Positions 28,961 through 36,212 of a stretch of DNA of 64,000 bases are shown here, one piece after another. The stretch is from assembly GCA_964611095.1 (NCBI GenBank), contig CAZSWJ010000003.1:17796-81795 (forward strand), in the 5' to 3' direction. Within the stretch, counting starts at the first letter, position 1; the number at the start of each line of letters is the position of its first letter. Below the pieces are notes generated by a model. The model was not told the origin of the DNA. It searched no databases and saw only the letters and a program-made list of their open reading frames with translations. This stretch comes from an uncultured Candidatus Peribacteria bacterium. GTDB taxonomy: Bacteria; Patescibacteriota; Gracilibacteria; Peribacterales; Peribacteraceae. Both the position numbers and the translations under genes were made by a program.

Positions 28961-29036
28961 ATCCAAGAAACCAAAGTAACCAAGGAAACCAACGATATCC
29001 TTGGTTTCCTTGGATTCCTGGGTTTCTTTGGTTTCC
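28961..29036. repeat. nonamer-array palindromic element, copy A (CCAAGGAAA-type)
   Basis: ATCCAAGAAA CCAAAGTAA CCAAGGAAA CCAA - cgatatcc - TTGG TTTCCTTGG ATTCCTGGG TTTCTTTGG TTTCC. The inner 13 bp are perfect. Confidence 0.85.
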
Positions 29037-29086
29037 CGCAAGTAGAGTTGAAGCTCAGGCCAAAGGCACGTAGAGTATTCCGGCGT

Positions 29087-29105
29087 TGGGGCTCTAGCTC
29101 ATCTG
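29087..29105 (+). pseudogene. orphan 5' fragment of tRNA-Ala (19-nt exact copy)
   Basis: TGGGGCTCTAGCTCATCTG is identical to 29188-29206. The copy ends in the D-loop. Confidence 0.85.
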
Positions 29106-29188
29106 CCCCGCTCCGCGCAGCGAAGCGAAGAAATAGAAAAGGCGCCGCGCTCGCCCCTGATCCTTGGTTTTTCTACACTGACCCGCGT

Positions 29189-29264
29189 GGGGCTCTAGCT
29201 CATCTGGTAGAGCGCTTCCATGGCATGGAAGAGGTAAGGGGTTCGAGTCCCCTGAGCTCCACCA
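29189..29264 (+). tRNA. tRNA-Ala (anticodon GGC)
   Basis: GGGGCUC/GAGCUCC acceptor with G3:U70, CUUCC-AUGGCAU-GGAAG anticodon arm, AGGGG-UUCGAGU-CCCCU T arm, encoded ACCA end. Confidence 0.93.
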
Positions 29265-29318
29265 TTCGTCTCCCGCTTCGCGGCAGATTCACGGGAAACC
29301 CAAGACATACTGACACTC

Positions 29319-29981
29319 ATGTTCCAATCATTCATTGCACATCTCGGCCCCATGTTGGATCAGTACGGTGTATTCGGTCTTTTCTTCGCGTCCGTGATCG
29401 AAGAAATCATCGCTCCGATTCCATCGACCTTGGTGGTCTTCACGGGAAGCCTCCTGCTTACGAAAGGCCTGCAAGGATGGGATGCCATTTCCGTGATCGT
29501 ATTCCACATAATGTTGCCGGCATCGCTCGGCATGACGCTCGGATCGCTCTTTCCGTATTACCTGGCTCGTATCGGCGAAAAAGTAGCCATCGATAAATTC
29601 GGAAAATATCTCGGCATCAATTGGAAAACCATCGAAAAGGTGCAGGCTTGGACGAAGAAGTCGCACTCGGACGAATTTCTGATCTTTGCAAGCCGCGCGA
29701 TTCCCGGCATGCCCTCGCTCGCGGTATCGCTCATCGCGGGACTCGCACGCATCCCCGTCAGGGAATTCTTATTGTTCAGCTTCCTTGGCGCACTCCCCAG
29801 AACGTTCATCTTGGGACTCGCCGGATGGTGGGGCGGACGTCAGGCATCGGGCGTCATGGAATTGCTCAGCATGACCGAAAGCCACATGCTCATCATCATT
29901 TTGGCGGTGCTGGCGAGCGGCCTTTTGTATCTGTATTTGAATCATCGAAAAAAGTCCCGTAGTGCGTCTCCCAAAGCCTAA
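29319..29981 (+). CDS. DedA/VTT-domain membrane protein
   Basis: GVFGLFFASVIEEIIAPIPSTLVVFTGS and RAIPGMPSLAVSLIAGLARIP. Confidence 0.75.
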   Translation: MFQSFIAHLGPMLDQYGVFGLFFASVIEEIIAPIPSTLVVFTGSLLLTKGLQGWDAISVIVFHIMLPASLGMTLGSLFPYYLARIGEKVAIDKFGKYLGINWKTIEKVQAWTKKSHSDEFLIFASRAIPGMPSLAVSLIAGLARIPVREFLLFSFLGALPRTFILGLAGWWGGRQASGVMELLSMTESHMLIIILAVLASGLLYLYLNHRKKSRSASPKA

Positions 29982-30042
29982 AAGGAGCTTCTTTCGCGTT
30001 GCCCCGACCACGCGAAGCTGGTAGCCTTGGCGGGCTGCAAAT

Positions 30043-30065
30043 ACGTGCGCCCGTAGCTCAGCTGG
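30043..30065 (+). pseudogene. orphan 5' fragment of tRNA-Arg(GCG) (23-nt exact copy)
   Basis: ACGTGCGCCCGTAGCTCAGCTGG is identical to 30134-30156. The copy ends in the D-loop. Confidence 0.85.
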
Positions 30066-30137
30066 CCCAGGCGCGCGAAGCAAGCCGTCCAAATAGAAAG
30101 AATGCGGACGTTGCGAGATTCTTTACATCACAGACGT

Positions 30138-30214
30138 GCGCCCGTAGCTCAGCTGGATAGAGCATCAGCTTGCGGAGCTGGGGGTCGTAGGTTCAAATCC
30201 TGCCGGGCGCACCA
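30138..30214 (+). tRNA. tRNA-Arg (anticodon GCG)
   Basis: GCGCCCG/CGGGCGC acceptor, GCUC..GAGC D stem, UCAGC-UUGCGGA-GCUGG anticodon arm, GUAGG-UUCAAAU-CCUGC T arm, ACCA end. Confidence 0.88.
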
Positions 30215-30223
30215 ATTCTTCAT

Positions 30224-30289
30224 AAGCTGGATAGAGCATCAGCTTGTGAGCTTAAGGGTCGTTTGGTTCAAATCCTGCCGGGCGCACCA
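30224..30289 (+). pseudogene. 5'-truncated tRNA-like copy 1 (starts in D-loop, degenerate anticodon arm)
   Basis: AAGCTGGATAGAGCATCAGCTTGTGAGCTTAAGGGTCGTTTGGTTCAAATCCTGCCGGGCGCACCA. It has no 5' acceptor strand. Confidence 0.8.
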
Positions 30290-30298
30290 ATTCTTCAT

Positions 30299-30406
30299 AA
30301 GCTGGATAGAGCATCAGCTTGTGAGCTTAAGGGTCGTTTGGTTCAAATCCTGCCTGCCCACCGTAGTCCTTTGCGGAGCAAAGGCGAAGGAGGGCCGGGC
30401 GCACCA
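30299..30406 (+). pseudogene. 5'-truncated tRNA-like copy 2 with a 42-nt hairpin insertion (30355-30396)
   Basis: Identical to copy 1 up to CCTGCC. Then tgcccaccgtagtCCTTTGCggaGCAAAGGcgaaggagggcc, then GGGCGCACCA. Confidence 0.8.
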
Positions 30407-30411
30407 CCACA

Positions 30412-30441
30412 TTGTTAAAAAGACGTTTTTTGTGGTATAAT
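30412..30441 (+). promoter_or_regulatory. extended -10 promoter (TTGTTA-18-TGgTATAAT)
   Basis: Read directly from the sequence, 32 nt upstream of the ATG at 30474. Confidence 0.5.
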
Positions 30442-30473
30442 AATAAGGAAAACAAACTCCAAACCAACCTCAA

Positions 30474-31796
30474 ATGGCATTCGACGCTTTCTCAGCGGTG
30501 CAATCATTGGCGGACGGCAATCGTTCGTTCGGTGACGTGGTGAAGGACCTCAGTACGGCCGAACTCGCCGATCTTCGCGAGCAAGTGCAGATTCAGCTCA
30601 AAGACATGCCGAAAAACGGCGACCCCGCTCGTGCCGAACGTTTGCAGCAGTTGAGAACGCTTCTGAAAGGATCCGTGCGCAGCATGATCGGCACGCTCGC
30701 CGCTTCCTTGGCTTTTTCAAAGGCGACGGGAATCAGCTTGGAAACGACGGAGGGCGCATCCGTTGAAGAGATCGGCAAACAGATCACCGCTCCGGAAACG
30801 AGAACCGTGGCGCAAGAAGCACACACCAAATCGACCGTCAGTGCGTTCGATAAGCCTGCGGAGGAAGTCGCGGCTCCCGCAACCGCCCCGTCCCTCGCGA
30901 CGGCAGGCGAAAAACCGGCGCTCTCGTTCGAGGATTTCAAAAAAATGTCCGACCCCAAGAACGAGAAAAACGTCGTACGAAACTTCTTCGGATACATGTC
31001 GTACCGCATGGCACGATTCATCGCGAAATCCAGCGCCAAAGACGGCATGCTTGGAAAAATGTTCAAGAAATTCGGTTGGGACAAAGGCGCCGAAGCTCTG
31101 ACGACCGTCATCGAACTCGGACCGAGTACGCCGCCCGAGGCCAAGAAGCCGCCCGTCTCCGTTCCACCCTCAACGGAGCCTCCTTCGGAAAAAATCCCGC
31201 CGTCCTCTCCGCCACCTTCTACGGAACCCGTTCCCCCACCGAGCGCTCCGGACATCAAGCCACCGCCTGCCAGTGTTCCACCGGCTGCCGCACCGGCACC
31301 GACATTGCCCGTACCGCCCACGGTACCCGCTCCCACTCCCCCTCCGCCGACATCTCCTCGCGTACCAGATCCGGCTCCGAGTGTCCCGACTCCGTCCCCG
31401 AGCTTGTTCGACGGATCGATGGAAGGGAAAAACCTGTTCGACGGCACGACGTTCAATGTCGACGGTCACACGATGTCGATGCCCAACGATAAGGACACGT
31501 TCGTCATCTTCGATGGCAAGAAGTACATGGCACGCGGTCTCTTCGACGTGCCGGTCGGCGGTATCGCGGCACGCGCACTCATCAAAAGTGCCGTCATGAA
31601 AGGCGGTGAACTCCACATGGAACTGGTGACCGGAACCATCTACCGAATCAATCGCAGCGTGCTCGAAGGCCTGACGAAAGAAATGGCGCTCCTGACGGCG
31701 AAAACGATCACGACCAAGGTTCCCGTCACGATGATTCAACCCGGGAAGCCCGCCAAACCTCACGAGGAAACTTTGGCGTTGGAACGCATCGATTAA
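30474..31796 (+). CDS. hypothetical protein with a central 110-aa proline-rich low-complexity region
   Basis: 440-aa ORF. PPEAKKPPVSVPPSTEPPSEKIPPSSPPPSTEPVPPPSAP... No family recognised. Confidence 0.6.
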   Translation: MAFDAFSAVQSLADGNRSFGDVVKDLSTAELADLREQVQIQLKDMPKNGDPARAERLQQLRTLLKGSVRSMIGTLAASLAFSKATGISLETTEGASVEEIGKQITAPETRTVAQEAHTKSTVSAFDKPAEEVAAPATAPSLATAGEKPALSFEDFKKMSDPKNEKNVVRNFFGYMSYRMARFIAKSSAKDGMLGKMFKKFGWDKGAEALTTVIELGPSTPPEAKKPPVSVPPSTEPPSEKIPPSSPPPSTEPVPPPSAPDIKPPPASVPPAAAPAPTLPVPPTVPAPTPPPPTSPRVPDPAPSVPTPSPSLFDGSMEGKNLFDGTTFNVDGHTMSMPNDKDTFVIFDGKKYMARGLFDVPVGGIAARALIKSAVMKGGELHMELVTGTIYRINRSVLEGLTKEMALLTAKTITTKVPVTMIQPGKPAKPHEETLALERID

Positions 31797-32398
31797 ACGT
31801 CGACGTTCTTGAGGAAGCTCCTGCGATGCAACGGGCACACGCCCGATTTTTTGATGGCGGCGAAATGCTCGGACGTGCCGTAGCCCTTGTGCACGTCGAA
31901 ACCGTAGGACGAATCCACCGCGTGCAGTTCCGTCATGAACATGTCGCGCGTCACTTTGGCGATGATGGACGCCGCGGCGATGGCGGGCTCGGATTCGTCG
32001 CCGCGCACGATGGAACTGTGCGGATGATCGAACCAAAACGCATCGCGTCCGTCGACGAGCAAGTACAAATCGGAGTGAATGTTGGAGACGACGCGCACCG
32101 CTTCCTGCATGGCGCGCTCGGTGGCGGCCAAGATGCCGATCTTGTCGATGGTTTTCGCATCGGCCATGCCGACGCCGTACGTGCAGTTCTTGATGAGCCA
32201 CGCATACGACTCCTCGCGTTCTTTGGCCGTCATCTTCTTGCTGTCGGCGATGCGCACGGGAAAGCGCGTCTTCTTCGGAAGGATGCATGCCGCGGCCACC
32301 ACGGGCCCGGCGAGGGCTCCCCTGCCCGCTTCGTCGATACCCACCGTCATCATGCGGTGTTCGGTCGACGTGCGCGGCGTGCGAGTGGTGGCGGGCAT
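31793..32398 (-). CDS. rnhB: ribonuclease HII
   Basis: VGIDEAGRGALAGPVVAAA, DSKKMTAKERE, IAAASIIAKVTRD. ATG at 32398 lies directly after the upstream stop; MMTVGID (32353) is an alternative start. Confidence 0.88.
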   Translation of the reverse strand: MPATTRTPRTSTEHRMMTVGIDEAGRGALAGPVVAAACILPKKTRFPVRIADSKKMTAKEREESYAWLIKNCTYGVGMADAKTIDKIGILAATERAMQEAVRVVSNIHSDLYLLVDGRDAFWFDHPHSSIVRGDESEPAIAAASIIAKVTRDMFMTELHAVDSSYGFDVHKGYGTSEHFAAIKKSGVCPLHRRSFLKNVDV

Positions 32399-32400
32399 GG

Positions 32401-32766
32401 CTACTCTTGAACGAGAACGGAGCCCGTGAGTTCCGGCAGCAGATGGTCGTGGAACGCCCACGAACCGACATTGTCGAACGTGAAGCACCAGGTCTCACCC
32501 GGGCGCACCGGGCCCTTGGGATCGAACGCCGAGTACGCCTCATGCGTGGGATGCACGTTCGATGCCGGCCACCTGCCGTCCACGTCGTTATTCACCCAAC
32601 ACACCTTCTGCCCCTGCTTCACCGTCACGTGCTCGGGCTCGAACGCATCGGGCACCATGTCGATGCGCGCGGAGGCATCGCCCGGAACGACGGGTTCGGC
32701 GGGCATCGTGGTGCCGCCGCAGGCCGTGAGGAGCAACAGCGGAACGAGGAGGAGCGAGAGTTTCAT
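32401..32766 (-). CDS. cupredoxin-fold lipoprotein
   Basis: MKLSLLLVPLLLLTACGG lipobox. FEPEHVTVKQGQKVCWVNND...HPTHEAYSAFD...GSWAFHDHL. Confidence 0.6.
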   Translation of the reverse strand: MKLSLLLVPLLLLTACGGTTMPAEPVVPGDASARIDMVPDAFEPEHVTVKQGQKVCWVNNDVDGRWPASNVHPTHEAYSAFDPKGPVRPGETWCFTFDNVGSWAFHDHLLPELTGSVLVQE

Positions 32767-32792
32767 GGAAAAAAGAAAATGATGATCGGTGA

Positions 32793-34028
32793 TCAGCGGC
32801 GAATGGCGGCGACGCACGCGGCTCGGTATTCATCGGGGACGCCGTGGCACAGCTGATCGTCCGTGGCGCCGGCGGGCATTTCGTTTTGGACGTCCGGACC
32901 GATGCGCGCGAAGCACCACTCTTTGTACTTCTCATCGACGGCGCTGCAGAAGGCCACCATGCGCGTGGTGTCCGACACGTCGAAATTCGCCAAGTTGTCC
33001 ACCGCGGCGAGCACGCAGTGCCGCTCATACCCGGGCTGGAAATGATCGCAAATGGAGACGGCGTTGGCGATGAAGTCATCGGTGTGCTCGGGCGCGAGCG
33101 ACCATTGCCAGTCGGGATTCGTGGCGAGCAGTCCGATGCTCTGCATGCAGATTTCGACGTGCGCCTTGTCGGCGTTCAGACACGCCTTCGTGGCTCGCTC
33201 CACGGCTCCTTTGCCGCTGCCGGCTTTTCCGGCCAAGTAGCCGCCCATGTTCATGTAGCACTGATACCGATATTTCATGTCGACCTTGTTGCACGGCACG
33301 AGCCAGTCGGTCTCGGAATAGTTTTCGGAGCGCGCGGCGCTGTTGTTCACGCCGACGACGTTCTCCATGAACACTCCCTGGTAACACCCCTCCACTTCCG
33401 ACGAACCGGCGAACGAGTCGCACAAATCCAACGATTCCTGCAACTTGTACGCTCTCGCCATCATGATGCCGTGGCCCACGCCGTGGTAGCAGTAGAACAG
33501 GAATTTCATCGGCTTGTCCGCCATGCGGGACACGTCGCACACCGTCTCGGCGGCTTTCTTGGCATTGGGTTCCACGACGAGCGCCTGCTCGAAGAATCCG
33601 TGTTGGCATCCGTAGTTGTAGTCGCTGGGACACAGGAAGAACGCATCGGGATTCAGCCCCTCTTTCTTGGCGGTGGCGCGTCCGATTTTGTGGACGAAAT
33701 CGTGGTAGTCGACACGGCCCTGCATGACCTTGTCTTTCACGAGAACGTTCATCGCCGAGATGGATTCCACGGGTCCGTAATCGGCGACGATGTCGAGAAC
33801 GCCTTTCTCCACACACTTCTGCACCTCCTCCTGACCCGTGCACTCGTCGGCGACCGACGACGCCAGCGACGCTCCTTCGGCGCGCTGCTCGGCGGGCTGA
33901 CCGCCCTCGAAACGGGGCGACCGATCTTCGATGGGCTCGGGCCACACGCTGTCGTAGACACGCTCGCCCACCGCCAAAGCGCCGATGAGCAGCATGACGC
34001 CGATGACGAGGGTGTTCTGGAATTTCAT
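32793..34028 (-). CDS. hypothetical membrane-anchored protein with about 8 Cys-containing helical repeats
   Basis: N-terminal TM helix (MKFQNTLVIGVMLLIGALAV). Recurrent C-x-x-G units: GCQHGFF, YCYHGVGHG, GCYQGVF, QCYMNMGGY, EICMQSIG... Confidence 0.6.
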   Translation of the reverse strand: MKFQNTLVIGVMLLIGALAVGERVYDSVWPEPIEDRSPRFEGGQPAEQRAEGASLASSVADECTGQEEVQKCVEKGVLDIVADYGPVESISAMNVLVKDKVMQGRVDYHDFVHKIGRATAKKEGLNPDAFFLCPSDYNYGCQHGFFEQALVVEPNAKKAAETVCDVSRMADKPMKFLFYCYHGVGHGIMMARAYKLQESLDLCDSFAGSSEVEGCYQGVFMENVVGVNNSAARSENYSETDWLVPCNKVDMKYRYQCYMNMGGYLAGKAGSGKGAVERATKACLNADKAHVEICMQSIGLLATNPDWQWSLAPEHTDDFIANAVSICDHFQPGYERHCVLAAVDNLANFDVSDTTRMVAFCSAVDEKYKEWCFARIGPDVQNEMPAGATDDQLCHGVPDEYRAACVAAIRR

Positions 34029-34080
34029 GCGAAGAGCGGTTGCAGTATACTCATGACCACCTCCTTCCCTCCAATCCCGT

Positions 34081-34722
34081 ATGAAGCTCTTCCTCGACAC
34101 CGCGAATACGGCTCAGGTAGCCGAGATAGCCGCTTGGGGAGTGCTCGACGGAGTGACGACGAACCCGTCCCTTGTCGCCAAGGAAGGAAAGGAATTCAAG
34201 CCGACGATCGTGGAAATGTGCAAACACGTTCCGTGCGTCAGTGCGCAGGTCACCGCCACGGATGCGCCCGGCATGATCAAGCAGGGCGAGGAATACGCCT
34301 CGTGGCACAAGAACGTGTACGTGAAGGTGCCGATGACGACCGAGGGACTCAAGGCCCTCTCGCATTTCAAGAAGAAAGGAATCAGGACGAACACGACCCT
34401 GATCTTCTCCGCCGCACAGGCGATTCTCGCCGCCAAGGCCGGCGCCACGATCATCAGCCCGTTCATCGGACGCTTGGATGACCAAGGCGAAGACGGCATG
34501 AAGCTCATCGCCGAAATCATGCAGATTTGGGAATACTCCAAGTTCGATACCGAAGTGCTCGTGGCCTCCACGCGTCACCCGCGTCACATCGTGGACTCGG
34601 CCGCACTGGGTGCGCACATCTGCACGCTCCCGTACGACGTCTTCAAGAAACTCCCCCATCACGCGCTCACGGACATCGGTCTCAAGAAATTCCAGGACGA
34701 CTGGGCGAAAGTGCAACAATAA
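34081..34722 (+). CDS. tal: transaldolase / fructose-6-phosphate aldolase (short type 3B)
   Basis: MKLFLDTANTAQV, GVTTNPSL, VYVKVPMT, SPFIGRLDD. Confidence 0.92.
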   Translation: MKLFLDTANTAQVAEIAAWGVLDGVTTNPSLVAKEGKEFKPTIVEMCKHVPCVSAQVTATDAPGMIKQGEEYASWHKNVYVKVPMTTEGLKALSHFKKKGIRTNTTLIFSAAQAILAAKAGATIISPFIGRLDDQGEDGMKLIAEIMQIWEYSKFDTEVLVASTRHPRHIVDSAALGAHICTLPYDVFKKLPHHALTDIGLKKFQDDWAKVQQ

Positions 34723-34727
34723 CCCGT

Positions 34728-36131
34728 ATGCAGCATCTCGGACTCATCGGCCTGGGCGTCATGGGAGCCAACGTGGCCCGCAACGCCGCTCGTAACGGGG
34801 CGACCGTCGCCGTGTATAACCGCACGACCGAAAAAACCGACGAATTCATGCGCGCGCACGGAACGGAGGGAACGTTTATTGCCTGCCACACACTGGCTGA
34901 ACTCGTGTCCACGCTCCCCGCTCCGCGGTCGATTCTTCTGATGGTGAATGCGGGCGCCGCAGTGGACGCCGTCATCGATGAACTTCTGCCGCTGCTTTCC
35001 CAAAATGACGCGATCATCGACGGCGGCAACAGCTTGTTCGCCGATACCGAGCGCCGTGAGAAAGCGCTCGCCCCCAAAGGAATCCTGTACCTCGGCATGG
35101 GAGTCTCCGGCGGCGAAGAAGGTGCGCTCCTCGGCCCCAGCATGATGCCGGGCGGCAGCCCCGAAGCGTACGCACGACTTGAACCACTCCTGAAAAAGAT
35201 GGCCGCCAAAGACGGAAGCGGCGGCAAGTGCGTGTCGCTCCTCGGCCAAGGCGGCAGCGGACACTTCGTGAAGATGGTTCACAACGGCATCGAGTATGGC
35301 GACATGCAGCTCATCGCCGAGACGTACCACTTGATGAAGTCGGTGCTCAAGCTGGGCAACGCCGACATCGCCGAAACGTTCCAACGCTGGAACCGCGGCA
35401 AAGAACTCAAATCATTCTTGATCGAAATCACGGCGTCGATTTTTTTGAAGAAAGATGATCAAGGAACGCCCGGCGACCTCATCGACATGGTGAAAGACGA
35501 GGCAAAGCAAAAAGGCACGGGCAAGTGGACGACGCAAACCGCGATGGATTTGGGCGTGAGTATCCCCACCATCACCGCCGCCGTGGACGGACGCCTGATG
35601 TCCTCGCTCAAAACGCTCCGCACGTCGGCCGAAGCCGCCGTGGGTCCGCTGGAACTGAAGAACGTGAAGTTGACGGTTCGCGCACTCAAAGACGCGCTGT
35701 TCCTCAGCAAGATCTGTTCGTACGCCCAAGGCATGGCGATGATCACGGAGGCCGCGAAGACGCACGGTTGGACCGTGGATTTGGCCGAAGTCTGCCGCAT
35801 TTGGAAAGGCGGCTGCATCATCCGCTCCACGCTCCTCAAGGAATTCGAGACCGCGTTCCGCACCGACCCGAACCTGCCCAACCTGATTCTGGCCCCGAAC
35901 ATTCTGCCGCTCTTCCAGGCGCGTCACGCCAAGTGGCGCAAAGTGGTGAGTGCCGCCGTCCTCGCCGGCATCCCGCTGCCGTCGATGACAGCTTCGCTCT
36001 CGTACTTCGACGGACTTCGCACAGCGCGACTTCCGCAGAACCTCACGCAAGCGCAGCGCGACTTCTTCGGAGCACACACGTACGCAAGGACGGATCGAGA
36101 TGGAGTATTTCATTCGGTTTGGGGCGGGTAG
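34728..36131 (+). CDS. gnd: 6-phosphogluconate dehydrogenase (decarboxylating)
   Basis: LGLIGLGVMGANVARN, IIDGGNS, GVSGGEEGA, KQKGTGKWTTQ. ATG at 34728. Confidence 0.93.
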   Translation: MQHLGLIGLGVMGANVARNAARNGATVAVYNRTTEKTDEFMRAHGTEGTFIACHTLAELVSTLPAPRSILLMVNAGAAVDAVIDELLPLLSQNDAIIDGGNSLFADTERREKALAPKGILYLGMGVSGGEEGALLGPSMMPGGSPEAYARLEPLLKKMAAKDGSGGKCVSLLGQGGSGHFVKMVHNGIEYGDMQLIAETYHLMKSVLKLGNADIAETFQRWNRGKELKSFLIEITASIFLKKDDQGTPGDLIDMVKDEAKQKGTGKWTTQTAMDLGVSIPTITAAVDGRLMSSLKTLRTSAEAAVGPLELKNVKLTVRALKDALFLSKICSYAQGMAMITEAAKTHGWTVDLAEVCRIWKGGCIIRSTLLKEFETAFRTDPNLPNLILAPNILPLFQARHAKWRKVVSAAVLAGIPLPSMTASLSYFDGLRTARLPQNLTQAQRDFFGAHTYARTDRDGVFHSVWGG

Positions 36132-36209
36132 CGGTTGGCGAGTAGCGAGTAGAACGCCGGTTTTTCGCGCAGCAAAAAAACCCACCCGCTACACGCTATT
36201 CGCTACTGG
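36124..36209. repeat. heptamer-array palindromic element, copy 2 (its first unit provides the gnd stop codon)
   Basis: GCGGGTAGCGGTTGGCGAGTAGCGAGTAGA - acgccggtttttcgcgcagcaaaaaaaccca - CCCGCTACACGCTATTCGCTACTGG. Confidence 0.8.
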
Positions 36210-36212
36210 CCC

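Noticed and set aside
28942-28992. N-terminal extension of purE (MVSLVTLVSWIFLYNPP)
   Set aside because: It is encoded by one arm of the palindromic nonamer element. The conserved PurE sequence starts at MPTVTFLLGS.
28646-29596. 316-aa plus-strand ORF containing GFLGFLGFFGF
   Set aside because: It runs antisense through purE, across the nonamer repeat element and straight through tRNA-Ala. It is an artefact. Only its last part coincides with the start region of the DedA gene, in another frame.
29100-30100. GCGAAGC mini-hairpin motif recurring near the tRNA loci (29117, 30017, 30073)
   Set aside because: The same heptamer also occurs inside the terminase and recombinase genes (about 597, 1283). 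It is expected several times by chance in 64 kb of GC-rich DNA, so there is not enough evidence on its own.
30224-30406. Possible CRISPR-like array (75-nt periodic repeat)
   Set aside because: There are only two units, no unique spacers between them (a 9-nt linker), and the units are tRNA-derived. No cas genes are in the window.
30102-30440. 112-aa ORF with an internal perfect peptide repeat (FKSCRAHQFFISWIEHQLVSLRVVW x2)
   Set aside because: It is a translation of tRNA-Arg and its tandem tRNA-like fragments, not a protein gene.
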